A stretch of DNA of 64,000 nucleotides from Thermoanaerobaculia bacterium (lineage in GTDB: Bacteria; Acidobacteriota; Thermoanaerobaculia; Multivoradales; Multivoraceae): contig OY761158.1 in NCBI GenBank assembly GCA_963664405.1, positions 6,336,001-6,400,000 on the forward strand, given 5' to 3'. The notes beneath the pieces were generated by a model. It was given only the letters and a program-made list of their open reading frames with translations, was not told the origin of the DNA and searched no databases. How positions within the stretch are numbered: the first letter of the stretch is position 1; each line of letters starts with the position of its first letter. Shown here in pieces: positions 30,778-40,000 of this stretch. The position numbers and the translations under genes were made by a program.

Positions 30778-31932
30778 TCAGGAAAGGGCCCCCGCCCACA
30801 ACTCCGCAAGGAACTCGGTGTAGGGAAGCACTTCTACTCCATCGATCTGGCGCCTTCGAGACTCGAGGGAAACGCACAGATAGCGGCGCAACTTTTTCTC
30901 CTCGGCCAGGGCTCGGAGGGGTCGCAGATCCTTCGCCGAGACGTTCTTCTTGGCCTTCACCTCGATCGCCGTGTGCTCGCCGAGGATGAAGTCGACCTCG
31001 AAGCCCGAGGTGGAGCGCCAATAGTGCAGTGACTCTTTCGTGCGGTAGTCGCAGTACGTACGGAGCTCGTGCATCAGCCACGTCTCGAAGGCTGCGCCGA
31101 ACTCAGGTGTCCCCTGCCGCACCTGACGACCCTGGAGCGCACCGACGACTCCGACGTCGAAAAAGTAGTACTTCGAGGAGACGATCGGCTTGCGACGGAT
31201 CGAGCGACGCCAAGCCGGGAGCTCGAGGAGGATGAGAGTGTCCTTCAAGATCTCGAAGTACTCATAGACCGTTGTTCGAGGCACTTGGGCATCATTCGAG
31301 ACATTGGTGAAGTTGACGGTCGTGCCGTTGCACCACGCTGCCACCTGCAGAAAACGGCTGAAGGCGGGCACGTTGCGCATCGCGCTCTCGGCGATGATCT
31401 CCTGCTGAAGGTAGGAGCCGGTGTAGGCATCGAGGTCGGCCGCCAAGTCGCTCGAGAAGTAGATCGACGGCAGGGTGCCACCTTCGATGGCCCGTGCCAA
31501 GCTGAAGTGCTCACCGAGCTCGAGCCACGTGAGTGGATGGAGGTATCGCGTACGCGCTCTACCCCCCAAGAGGTTGACGCCTCCGCGGCGCAGCTTGCGG
31601 GCACTCGATCCGGTGAGGAGAAAATGGATCCCGCGCTCCTCGATGAGTCGGTGGACCTCGTTGAGGAGGATCGGAAGTCGCTGAATCTCATCGATCGCGA
31701 CGATCCCGACGTTCGCCCCGAGCCCCTCGCCGAGCCGACCGGGATTCCTACTCAACGACAGAAAGACGGAGCTGTCAAGAAGGTCATAGACCTCCGCCTG
31801 CGGAAGCTGGCGTCGAATCAGAGTCGTCTTGCCGGTCTGGCGCGGCCCGAGAAGGAAGTGCGACTTCTCCTCCAGGAGCGCCGCGAGGTCGAGACTTCTC
31901 TCAATCTCCGAATGAGCTGGCCTCGTCGGCAT
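30778..31932 (-). CDS. AAA_14 ATPase with DUF4143 domain
   Basis: GPRQTGKT, IDEIQR, LTGSSA, KYYFFDVG, EVDFI...IEVK. Confidence 0.93.
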   Translation of the reverse strand: MPTRPAHSEIERSLDLAALLEEKSHFLLGPRQTGKTTLIRRQLPQAEVYDLLDSSVFLSLSRNPGRLGEGLGANVGIVAIDEIQRLPILLNEVHRLIEERGIHFLLTGSSARKLRRGGVNLLGGRARTRYLHPLTWLELGEHFSLARAIEGGTLPSIYFSSDLAADLDAYTGSYLQQEIIAESAMRNVPAFSRFLQVAAWCNGTTVNFTNVSNDAQVPRTTVYEYFEILKDTLILLELPAWRRSIRRKPIVSSKYYFFDVGVVGALQGRQVRQGTPEFGAAFETWLMHELRTYCDYRTKESLHYWRSTSGFEVDFILGEHTAIEVKAKKNVSAKDLRPLRALAEEKKLRRYLCVSLESRRRQIDGVEVLPYTEFLAELWAGALS

Positions 31933-31985
31933 TTATGTCATTTATCATGTCAAATGACAATTATAAGGTCAATAGTGATGAAATC

Positions 31986-32034
31986 GATTCGTAATCAGCA
32001 GGTCGGCGGTTCAAATCCAGGCGCCGGGCCACCA
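31986..32034 (+). other. Degenerate 3' half of tRNA-Thr(CGT), probable att site remnant
   Basis: GAT-TCGTAA-TCAGCAGGTCGGCGGTTCAAATCC...CCA; anticodon loop and T-arm are present, D-arm and 5' acceptor strand are absent. Confidence 0.7.
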
Positions 32035-32298
32035 ACCGGCAGGCATAGCACCAGCAGCCTTCGGGCTGCCAGCCAGCCACGGTGCCAGCCGAATATTTCA
32101 AGGAATCCTGCCCTATATAGATCCAATGATGTCAACAGGTTTACAAGTGGAGACACTGGGCCGGTGGCACCCCGGGCGGCCAGACTCGAGCGTCTCAATA
32201 AGAGGGTGGCACCCTATGAGCGAAGCGAACAGGGCCATGCGGTTCTGCCGGCGGCTTGCGGCTAAACTATCGCCAATCCGTGGTAAATCGATACAAAT

Positions 32299-33846
32299 AT
32301 GGATAGCACAATTCATATCCGTGTTCCGGATCTGGTGGTCATCTTTGTTTACCTGGCGGGCCTGGCAGCGCTGGGAATCTACTTTTCGCGGCGGAACAAG
32401 ACGACGGACCAGTATTTCCTGGGAGATCGGAATTTTCCCGGCTGGGCGATCGGGCTTTCGTTGGTCGGAACCTCGATCAGCTCAGTGACCTTTCTGGCCC
32501 ATCCGGCGGCGGCATACGCGCTGGATTGGCGTCAGTTTCACTCTAACTGGGCGGCGCCGGTTGGCGCGCTGCTGGCCGTTGTTTTTTTCATCCCCATCTT
32601 CCGGCAAAAAGGCCGCACCACGGCCTTCGAATATCTGGAACAACGATTCGGTCCCGTGGCTCGGCTGTACGGAGCGATCAGTTTTATCGGCATTCAGGTC
32701 GTTCGCACCAGTTCCATACTCTATCTGGTGGCAATTCCTATCAGCGTCTTGACGGGGCTTGACGTAGTCTGGGTGATCGTTATCAGCGGTGTCTTTATCG
32801 GCTTCTATACAGTCGCGGGCGGGATTGCCGCCGTTATATGGACGGACGTCACTCAGACGATCATCCTGATCGCGGGAGGCGTCATCTGTTTGGCAATCAT
32901 TGCCTGGGATTTGCCCGGCGGCTTGGTGGAAATTGTCAGCGTAGCCAACGCCCATGACAAATTCAGCCCGGGTTCGATGGCGTTCAGCCTCAGCGAAAGG
33001 ACTTTTCCCACCGTCGTTTTCTTGGGATTGTTCATTTTTCTAACCAGCTACGCATCGAACCAAAGTATTGTGCAGCGTTACATGGCGGCCTCTTCCCTAG
33101 CCGAAGCACGCAAGGCGACCTTGATCTCCGCCGGGCTCAGCTTGCCGATCTGGGCCTCGTTTTTCTTCTTGGGCACATCGCTGTTTGTGTACTACAACGT
33201 CTTCCCGGACCAAGCCGTCGCCAAATTGGAACCGGATCAGGTGTTTCCTCATTTCATGTTCACGCAGCTGCCCCCCGGTGTCGCGGGGCTGATCGTCGCG
33301 GCGGTGCTGTCGGCCGCCATGTCGTCACTCGACTCGAGCATTAACGCCAGTGCCATGGTCGGAGTTACAGACCTTGTGAAACGATATTTTGCTCCCCATC
33401 GCAAGGACGAGTACTACCTGAAGATAGGCTGGGCCCTCTCGGTTGCCTCCGCAATCCTGATGATTGGAGGCGCGATCGTGTTCCATAGCCTGCCGAAAGA
33501 AACCATCTTCGACCAAGTACTGATCGCCAGCTCTCTCTTCGGAGGCTGCCTGATGGGCATGTTTTTCATGGGGTTTTTCACAACGCGGGTAGGATACGAG
33601 GCCGTCTTGGCCGCCTTGCTCGTGGCACTTCTAGTACATTTCTATCTGGTGCTGAACACGATAAACATCTTGCCGGCATCACTACGATTGCCAATCCATG
33701 ACTATTGGGTCGGCATGTTGGTAAATTTGGCTTTCGCGCCGGCAGCCTATCTGTTGAGTTTTGCTTTTGGTCGACCTAGGTCCAAACTGGAGGGGTTGAC
33801 CGTGTGGACACAAAGAAGTGGGCCTTCCTCGACTCGCCGAGCATGA
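32299..33846 (+). CDS. Sodium:solute symporter, copy 2
   Basis: Near-identical to copy 1 (about 9 aa substitutions and a longer C-terminus). Confidence 0.93.
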   Translation: MDSTIHIRVPDLVVIFVYLAGLAALGIYFSRRNKTTDQYFLGDRNFPGWAIGLSLVGTSISSVTFLAHPAAAYALDWRQFHSNWAAPVGALLAVVFFIPIFRQKGRTTAFEYLEQRFGPVARLYGAISFIGIQVVRTSSILYLVAIPISVLTGLDVVWVIVISGVFIGFYTVAGGIAAVIWTDVTQTIILIAGGVICLAIIAWDLPGGLVEIVSVANAHDKFSPGSMAFSLSERTFPTVVFLGLFIFLTSYASNQSIVQRYMAASSLAEARKATLISAGLSLPIWASFFFLGTSLFVYYNVFPDQAVAKLEPDQVFPHFMFTQLPPGVAGLIVAAVLSAAMSSLDSSINASAMVGVTDLVKRYFAPHRKDEYYLKIGWALSVASAILMIGGAIVFHSLPKETIFDQVLIASSLFGGCLMGMFFMGFFTTRVGYEAVLAALLVALLVHFYLVLNTINILPASLRLPIHDYWVGMLVNLAFAPAAYLLSFAFGRPRSKLEGLTVWTQRSGPSSTRRA

Positions 33847-34067
33847 TCGGTGGAAGCTTACGAGGGCATCTGGTTGTTTCAGGGCGACGCGTTCCCCAGG
33901 CCTCGAGGATGACCTCGCTGCCGGTGCTGCGGTTCCACGGCGCTCGCCTCCGGAAGTGATTGGTATCACTTCCTGCCGCGCGGAGTTTGCCGCGCGGAGT
34001 GGAGGAGTTGTCGACTTCGTCGCGGCGGACCCTCGATTGGGAGAGAATAGGCGCGGAGGGTCGAGAT

Positions 34068-35426
34068 TTGGAGAAGCAGCATTTCGTCGTCATGGGTGCC
34101 GGAGAGGTGGGCTTCTACCTCGCACAGACGCTCTCCAGGCAGGGTCACGACGTCGTCGTGATCGAAAGTGACCCCGGACGCGCCGCCAAGGTCGAAGCGG
34201 AGCTCGATGTCACGGTCATCGAGGGCAACGGCGCACACCTGCCCGTCCTCGAGTCGGCGAGGGTGGATCGCTGCGATCTCTTCATGGCCGTCTCTCAGAA
34301 CGACGAGTCCAATCTCGCCGCCACCCTCCTGGCCAAGAACCTGGGCGCAGCTCGGGCTGTTGCGCGCGTCGGCAACGCTGAAGAGGTCTCTGTTTATCAT
34401 CGTACCTACGAGGCTCTCTTCCGTGCCGACCTGGTGGTGTCGAGCGAGCTTCTGGCGACAACTCGAATTCTCAACTACATCCTCGGCCACAACACGGTGC
34501 AGGTCGAATACCTGGCCCAGGACAAGATCCAGTTTCGCCGCATCCGCCTCGAAGAGGACTCGCCCCTGGTCGGCAACCGGCTCAAAGATGTCGCGATGCC
34601 GGCCCAGGGCCTGGTGGTCGCCTTCTTTCGTGGCGCCGAGCTCACCATCGCCGGAGGTGATGACCGAGCCGAGCCGGGAGACCACGCGCTGGTCATCGGT
34701 CGCACCGAGGTCATCGACGAGGTCGAGAGCTTCGTCAACCCCAAGCCGCGGCGAGCAGGGAAGGTCTTCATCGCCGGCGGCGGCGCAACGGGTGCAACCA
34801 TCGCCCACGCTCTCGCCGGCAAGGTCGGCCGGCTGAAGATCATCGAGTGGAATCGCGCCCGCGCCGAGGAGCTGGCGGCGTCGCTACCGGATTGCTCGAT
34901 TGTTCTCGGGGATGCGACCGAGCAGGATCTCCTCGAGACCGAGGGCGTTGGCGAGGCCAGCGCCTTCGTCGCTGCCACCGGGGTGGACGAAACGAATCTG
35001 ATGGCCAGTCTTCTCGCCAAGGAGTTGGGCGTACCCGAGGTGATCGCGATGGTCGATCGGGCTCAGACCACCAACCTGTGGCGGAAGCTCGGCCTCGTTC
35101 ATATCGTCTCACCGCGAACTGTGATGTACGAGCGCATCGAAGGCTACATCAGCAGCGGCTACAACGCCAATATCGTTTCTCTCAAACGCGGCTCGGCGCA
35201 GGTCATCGAGCGAGTCATTCACGGCGCCAGTCCCACAGCCGGAGTGAAGCTCGTGGACATGCAGCTCCCCAAGGGTCTGCGGGTGGGTGCCGTGATCCGG
35301 GGCGAAAAGGTGTTCGTCCCCCATGGCCCGCATCGCCTCGAGATCGGCGACCGTGTCATCCTCTTCGTTGCGGAAAGTGAAGTCTCCCTCCTGACTCTGT
35401 TCTTTCCCGGCCAGGAAGCAGAGTAG
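34068..35426 (+). CDS. trkA: Trk K+ uptake NAD-binding subunit
   Basis: Two RCK units (GAGEVG, GGGATG); TTG start with GGAGG RBS. Confidence 0.95.
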   Translation: MEKQHFVVMGAGEVGFYLAQTLSRQGHDVVVIESDPGRAAKVEAELDVTVIEGNGAHLPVLESARVDRCDLFMAVSQNDESNLAATLLAKNLGAARAVARVGNAEEVSVYHRTYEALFRADLVVSSELLATTRILNYILGHNTVQVEYLAQDKIQFRRIRLEEDSPLVGNRLKDVAMPAQGLVVAFFRGAELTIAGGDDRAEPGDHALVIGRTEVIDEVESFVNPKPRRAGKVFIAGGGATGATIAHALAGKVGRLKIIEWNRARAEELAASLPDCSIVLGDATEQDLLETEGVGEASAFVAATGVDETNLMASLLAKELGVPEVIAMVDRAQTTNLWRKLGLVHIVSPRTVMYERIEGYISSGYNANIVSLKRGSAQVIERVIHGASPTAGVKLVDMQLPKGLRVGAVIRGEKVFVPHGPHRLEIGDRVILFVAESEVSLLTLFFPGQEAE

Positions 35427-35438
35427 CGAGCTCTCCCC

Positions 35439-36902
35439 TTGAACGTTCGCCCGGTTCTTCACTTTCAGGGTCGCCTGCTGCTCTTCCTCTCCGGGGGAAT
35501 GCTCCTGCCGATGCTCTGCGCCGGGTGGTACGGCGAGATTGGCGACGTTCGCGCGTTCATCCTCTCGGCGATCGCAACATCGGGGATGAGCATGATCCTG
35601 ATGTTGGCCGGACGGCGCGGCACCGAAAATCTATATCGCAGCGAAGGCGTTTTGATCGTCGTCGGCGGGTGGGTGATCGCGTCCATCTTCGGCTCGCTGC
35701 CGTATCTCTTCAGCGGCAGCATCACCAGTCCGGTTAACGCCCTCTTCGAGTCGGCCTCCGGCTTCACCACCACCGGCTCCACGATCCTCCTCGATATCGA
35801 GTCGCTGGGCCGCGGCATGCTGTTCTGGCGGTCCTTCACCCAGTGGCTCGGTGGCATGGGCATCATCGTGCTCTTCGTAGCTCTGTTGCCCGAGCTCGGC
35901 ACCGGTGCCCGCTTTCTCTACAAGCTGGAAGTACCAGGCCCCACCGCCAAGACCCTGCATCCTCGAGTGCACGACACCGCCTCGGTGCTGTGGCGCATCT
36001 ACCTCCTCTTCACCGTGGTCGAGACCGGTCTGCTGATGCTAGCCGGCCTCGATCTCTACGACGCGCTCACCACCACCTTCTCGACCTTGGCGACGGCGGG
36101 ATTCTCGCCCTACAACGCTTCGATAGCGCACTTCGAGTCCGGGCTGGTCGAGATCGTCGTGATCCTGTTCATGCTGATCGCCGGAGCCAATTTCTCGCTC
36201 TACTACGGTCTGCGGGTTGCAGGGCTGAAGAGAGGTCTACGAGGGTTTGCCTCTGATCGGGAGTTCCTCTTCTACCTCGGCGTGGCCGCGAGCATCACCG
36301 TGATCACCTCTGCGACTCTGCTGCGCGCCGGCGTCTTCGAGGGTGTGGGCGCGAGCCTGCGCGGCAGCCTCTTTCAGGTGGTGTCGATCCTCACCACCAC
36401 CGGCTTCACCACGGTCGACTTCGATAGCTGGCCGAACTTCGCCCGCCTGTTGATCTTCAGCCTCATGTTCTTCGGCGGCTGTGCCGGCTCCACGGCGGGA
36501 GGTATGAAGTTGATGCGCCTCGTCATCGGCATGAAGTCCGCGCTGCGGGAGGTGAAGCTCATCTTCAACCCGAACGCGGTACTGGCGGTCTTTGTAGGAC
36601 GTGAGCCGGTGCCTAACGGGGTGGTGTCGAGTGTGGTTGCCTTCCTCTTTCTCTACATTGCGAGCTGGGTCGCTGGCAGCGCGTTACTGGCCATAGGAGG
36701 CGCCGATCTCGAGACTGCCGCGAGCGCGTCGATCGCCGCACTGGGAAACATCGGACCTGGACTCAACGCCGTAGGACCGACTGGCAACTTCGATTTCTTT
36801 GCCGGCTGGCAGAAGCTCGTGTTGGTGGGGCTGATGTGGCTTGGGAGGCTGGAGGTCTTTCCTCTGGCCGCCCTCGCAACGGTCGCCTTCTGGCGCCGTT
36901 GA
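35439..36902 (+). CDS. trkH: Trk K+ uptake membrane subunit
   Basis: [40 protein letters not shown]. Confidence 0.96.
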   Translation: MNVRPVLHFQGRLLLFLSGGMLLPMLCAGWYGEIGDVRAFILSAIATSGMSMILMLAGRRGTENLYRSEGVLIVVGGWVIASIFGSLPYLFSGSITSPVNALFESASGFTTTGSTILLDIESLGRGMLFWRSFTQWLGGMGIIVLFVALLPELGTGARFLYKLEVPGPTAKTLHPRVHDTASVLWRIYLLFTVVETGLLMLAGLDLYDALTTTFSTLATAGFSPYNASIAHFESGLVEIVVILFMLIAGANFSLYYGLRVAGLKRGLRGFASDREFLFYLGVAASITVITSATLLRAGVFEGVGASLRGSLFQVVSILTTTGFTTVDFDSWPNFARLLIFSLMFFGGCAGSTAGGMKLMRLVIGMKSALREVKLIFNPNAVLAVFVGREPVPNGVVSSVVAFLFLYIASWVAGSALLAIGGADLETAASASIAALGNIGPGLNAVGPTGNFDFFAGWQKLVLVGLMWLGRLEVFPLAALATVAFWRR

Positions 36903-37033
36903 GCTCGGAGTTCAAGGGGCGCAGGGCGTGTTTTAGTGGATCGCAGAACTCGATTGCTCGAGGTGTTTGGTGCTACCGTCATGGAGTGCCGTTGCTGAGA
37001 AAATTCTTGTCCGAGGCGGGGGGAAGGATCCCC

Positions 37034-40000
37034 ATGACAAGAAGGGGGCGGCTCCGGACAGTCGCGGTGTTGCTCGCCTGCGCGGGAGGGGTGGGGGCTC
37101 CTCTAGCCGGCCAGTCCGACGATGACCGCATCGAATTGGCGGTGGCGGCTCGTGGATCTTCCGGAAGCGTTCTCGATGCCCTCGATCCGACCGAGCTCGA
37201 AGTGGCGATCGACGGAGCTCCCGTCGACGCTGAAAGGATCTCGCTGGCCGCTCCCTCGGGGCCCGTGCGCGTGGTTCTCTACATTGACCATGCGGCATCG
37301 CGTGCTTCTTCGGTGCAGAGGCTGGTGAGCTCTCTACTCGACCAGAGCGAACGCCTCTTGGACCTTCCCGAGCTCGAGATCGTCGAGGCGGACCCCGTCC
37401 CGCAGACGATGCCGCGAGTCGCCAGCGTCGAGGAGCTCGAGAGGAGTCTCAACCGTGTCTTCCTCCGTCGCGAAGACAGCGACGAGGTCGCTCAGCTGCG
37501 GTCGAGCTTCCTTGCGGAAGTGCGCAAAGGCGAGGAACCGCACCTCGTTATCGCGGAAGCTGCGTATGGGCTCGAGCTCGATTTGCGGCGAGATCAATTG
37601 GACGGCTTGCTCGAGTGGGTGGCGGCGCAGGGCCCCTCACGGGAGCCCAAGATCCTCATGCTGCTCAATGACAATCTGGGGCTCGAAGCCAAGGACTTCT
37701 ATTTGCGGGGCCTGACCGCGAGCGCGGAGGTAGTGGGCCAGTGGGCGGCCGAGCCCGATCTCACCGAGCTCGCTTCCGCGCTGGCCGTCTACGGCTGGAC
37801 TCTGGTGCCGGTTCGACCCGAGCTTGCGAAAGACGGCGGCCGCCTGAGCTACCAACCGAGTGAGGAGCTTCCGGTCGGCTTCCGCGTCGGGCTTGGCCGG
37901 CGCCCCAGGGCGGAAGCCGCTCCCAGTCAAGACTTGGGCTGGGATTTCGGTGCGGTTGCTCGGCTCGAAGAGGCCGCCGGCCTCACCGGAGGTGAAGTTG
38001 TTACCGATCTCGGGGCTCTTTCCGACTGGGTCGAGGCGTACTCTTCGAGATCCGTTCTACGCATTGCCGACGTATCTCTGCCACCTGGCGAGATGCGCAC
38101 CGTGCGAGTGGCTTCTCGAAGCTCGGGAGTGAACGTGCTGGCCCCGGGGAGGGTCGGGCGAGGGACCCCGAATAGTGTCGCTGCGATGAGGGCGCGCCGC
38201 GCGGTAGCCGGTGATTCTGGTCTTGCCGAGCTCCAAGTTCGCTCCGCGATCGAGTTCGACCCCGACCTCTTGGGCCGGCAGCCCGGCCGCTTCGAGGTAA
38301 GAGTCGACCTCTTCGAGCTCCGAGAGCGTCTTGGCCAGTTCGATCAGGGCAGTTTCAGGGTTACAGTGGCCGTGCATCTGGAGACCGAAGAGCTGCTGCT
38401 GAGGCATGAGATCGTGCGCGACGTGGATCTCAGGGGGCAGGACGAATGGCGTTACGAGGGGAGTCTCAGAGTTCCGCCCGAAACCGATGGCGCGGTGGTG
38501 CTGGTGGAAGTTCTCGAGAGTGGTGATTGGGGCGAGTCTTTCGCCTCTTTCATTACCAAGACGGTACCGACACTGGCGGCTACGAGCGAGGATCTCCCCG
38601 CTCCTCGCGGACTCCTTCCGGATCGCCGAATCATCCGGATCGAACCGCCGGCAGACGCGGTGCTGATCGGCAAGGTGCGAGTGGAGGCTGAGGCCGACCC
38701 GGCGGTGCAACGAGTCGTATTCACTCTCGACGGCGACAGAGTCGCGACGCGCCGCAGGGAACCTTGGGCGACCAACGTCGATCTCGGACCGAACCCTCGC
38801 CAGCGTCTACTCGGTGTCGTTGCCTACGGCGCCAGGGGAAAGGAGCTGGGTCGCGATACTTTGACCCTCAACGAGGTAACGAAGTCCTTCGGTGTGCGGA
38901 TCGTCGAGCCGCGGAGTGGACGCAGAGTCGGCCCGGTTGATGTCGAGGCGGAGGTGAACCTTCCGAGCCCGGCGAAGCTGGATCGACTCGAGTTCTTTTG
39001 GCAGGACCAGTTGGTGTCGACGATGCGCCGCCCGCCTTTTCGCCAGCGCCTCTTCATACCGGTGGCATCCGAGCCCGGTCTCATCCGTGTTGCGGCCTAT
39101 CTCGAAGATGGCAGGATCGCCGAGGACGTGGTCCTCATGAACACGGACCTGTTCGAGGAGCTACTCACCGTCAAGTTGGTGGAGCTCTACGCCGTGGTTA
39201 CCGACCGCTCAGGCAAGCCGGTCCGGGACCTCGAGAGAGAGGACTTCGAGATCCTCGAGCAGGGAGCTCCGCAAGAGATCGAAAACTTCTCTCGTGCCGG
39301 TGACCTTCCCATCACCGTCGGCCTTGCCCTCGACTCCTCGCTCAGCCTCTTCGTCAAGATGCCGGCCGTGCAGGAGGCTGCCGGCGACTTCGTTCGGGGT
39401 CTGATGGAGGATCGTGACCGCGCCTTCTTGGTTGGCTTCAGCTCGCGCCCGCGCGTGGTGCGGGCCACTACCTCTGATCTCGACAACGTCATCAGCGGTA
39501 TCGAGTCGCTGACTCCTACCGGGACAACGGCGCTCTGGGAGGCAGTCGTGCTTTCGTTGCTGCAGCTTCAGGAGGCTACCGGGCGCAAGGCCTTGGTGCT
39601 CTTTTACGACGGCGATGACGAGGATGAAGACTTCTCGTTTTCGACCTCTCTCAAGCTCGCCCAGAAGGTGGGCGTACCGATCTATCTCATCATCATGAAC
39701 AATTCGGCCGCTCGCAGTGGCGGCAAGAGCTTCGGCACCAAGAATCGAGCTTCACGCCTGGAGAAGATCGCCAGGGCAGGGGGTGGAAAGGTCTTCTACG
39801 TTCGAACAGATCAGGATCTCGGTGAGATTTTCACTGCGATTCGCGAGGAGCTCCGCGCCCACTACCTCTTGACCTACTACCCGAAGATCGTCGATGAAGA
39901 GGCGGCGGAGGGGGCCGAGTCAGACTGGCGGCCGATCGATCTCGTAGTCAAGCGTCCTGGTCTCGTCGCCCGAACGCTGGCCGGGTACCAGAAACCGTGA
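37034..40000 (+). CDS. Secreted VWA-domain protein with Ig-like domains
   Basis: Signal peptide; VELYAVVTD, LALDSSLS (MIDAS), TALWEA, YDGDD. Confidence 0.88.
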   Translation: MTRRGRLRTVAVLLACAGGVGAPLAGQSDDDRIELAVAARGSSGSVLDALDPTELEVAIDGAPVDAERISLAAPSGPVRVVLYIDHAASRASSVQRLVSSLLDQSERLLDLPELEIVEADPVPQTMPRVASVEELERSLNRVFLRREDSDEVAQLRSSFLAEVRKGEEPHLVIAEAAYGLELDLRRDQLDGLLEWVAAQGPSREPKILMLLNDNLGLEAKDFYLRGLTASAEVVGQWAAEPDLTELASALAVYGWTLVPVRPELAKDGGRLSYQPSEELPVGFRVGLGRRPRAEAAPSQDLGWDFGAVARLEEAAGLTGGEVVTDLGALSDWVEAYSSRSVLRIADVSLPPGEMRTVRVASRSSGVNVLAPGRVGRGTPNSVAAMRARRAVAGDSGLAELQVRSAIEFDPDLLGRQPGRFEVRVDLFELRERLGQFDQGSFRVTVAVHLETEELLLRHEIVRDVDLRGQDEWRYEGSLRVPPETDGAVVLVEVLESGDWGESFASFITKTVPTLAATSEDLPAPRGLLPDRRIIRIEPPADAVLIGKVRVEAEADPAVQRVVFTLDGDRVATRRREPWATNVDLGPNPRQRLLGVVAYGARGKELGRDTLTLNEVTKSFGVRIVEPRSGRRVGPVDVEAEVNLPSPAKLDRLEFFWQDQLVSTMRRPPFRQRLFIPVASEPGLIRVAAYLEDGRIAEDVVLMNTDLFEELLTVKLVELYAVVTDRSGKPVRDLEREDFEILEQGAPQEIENFSRAGDLPITVGLALDSSLSLFVKMPAVQEAAGDFVRGLMEDRDRAFLVGFSSRPRVVRATTSDLDNVISGIESLTPTGTTALWEAVVLSLLQLQEATGRKALVLFYDGDDEDEDFSFSTSLKLAQKVGVPIYLIIMNNSAARSGGKSFGTKNRASRLEKIARAGGGKVFYVRTDQDLGEIFTAIREELRAHYLLTYYPKIVDEEAAEGAESDWRPIDLVVKRPGLVARTLAGYQKP

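Noticed and set aside
31986-32034. Functional tRNA-Thr
   Set aside because: The 5' half is missing and the T-stem is broken.
30639-32236. Shared ATGAGCGAAGCG motif at about 30639 and 32216 as integron attC or REP sites
   Set aside because: Only 12 bp, with no RYYYAAC/GTTRRRY box pairs and no integron integrase in the window.
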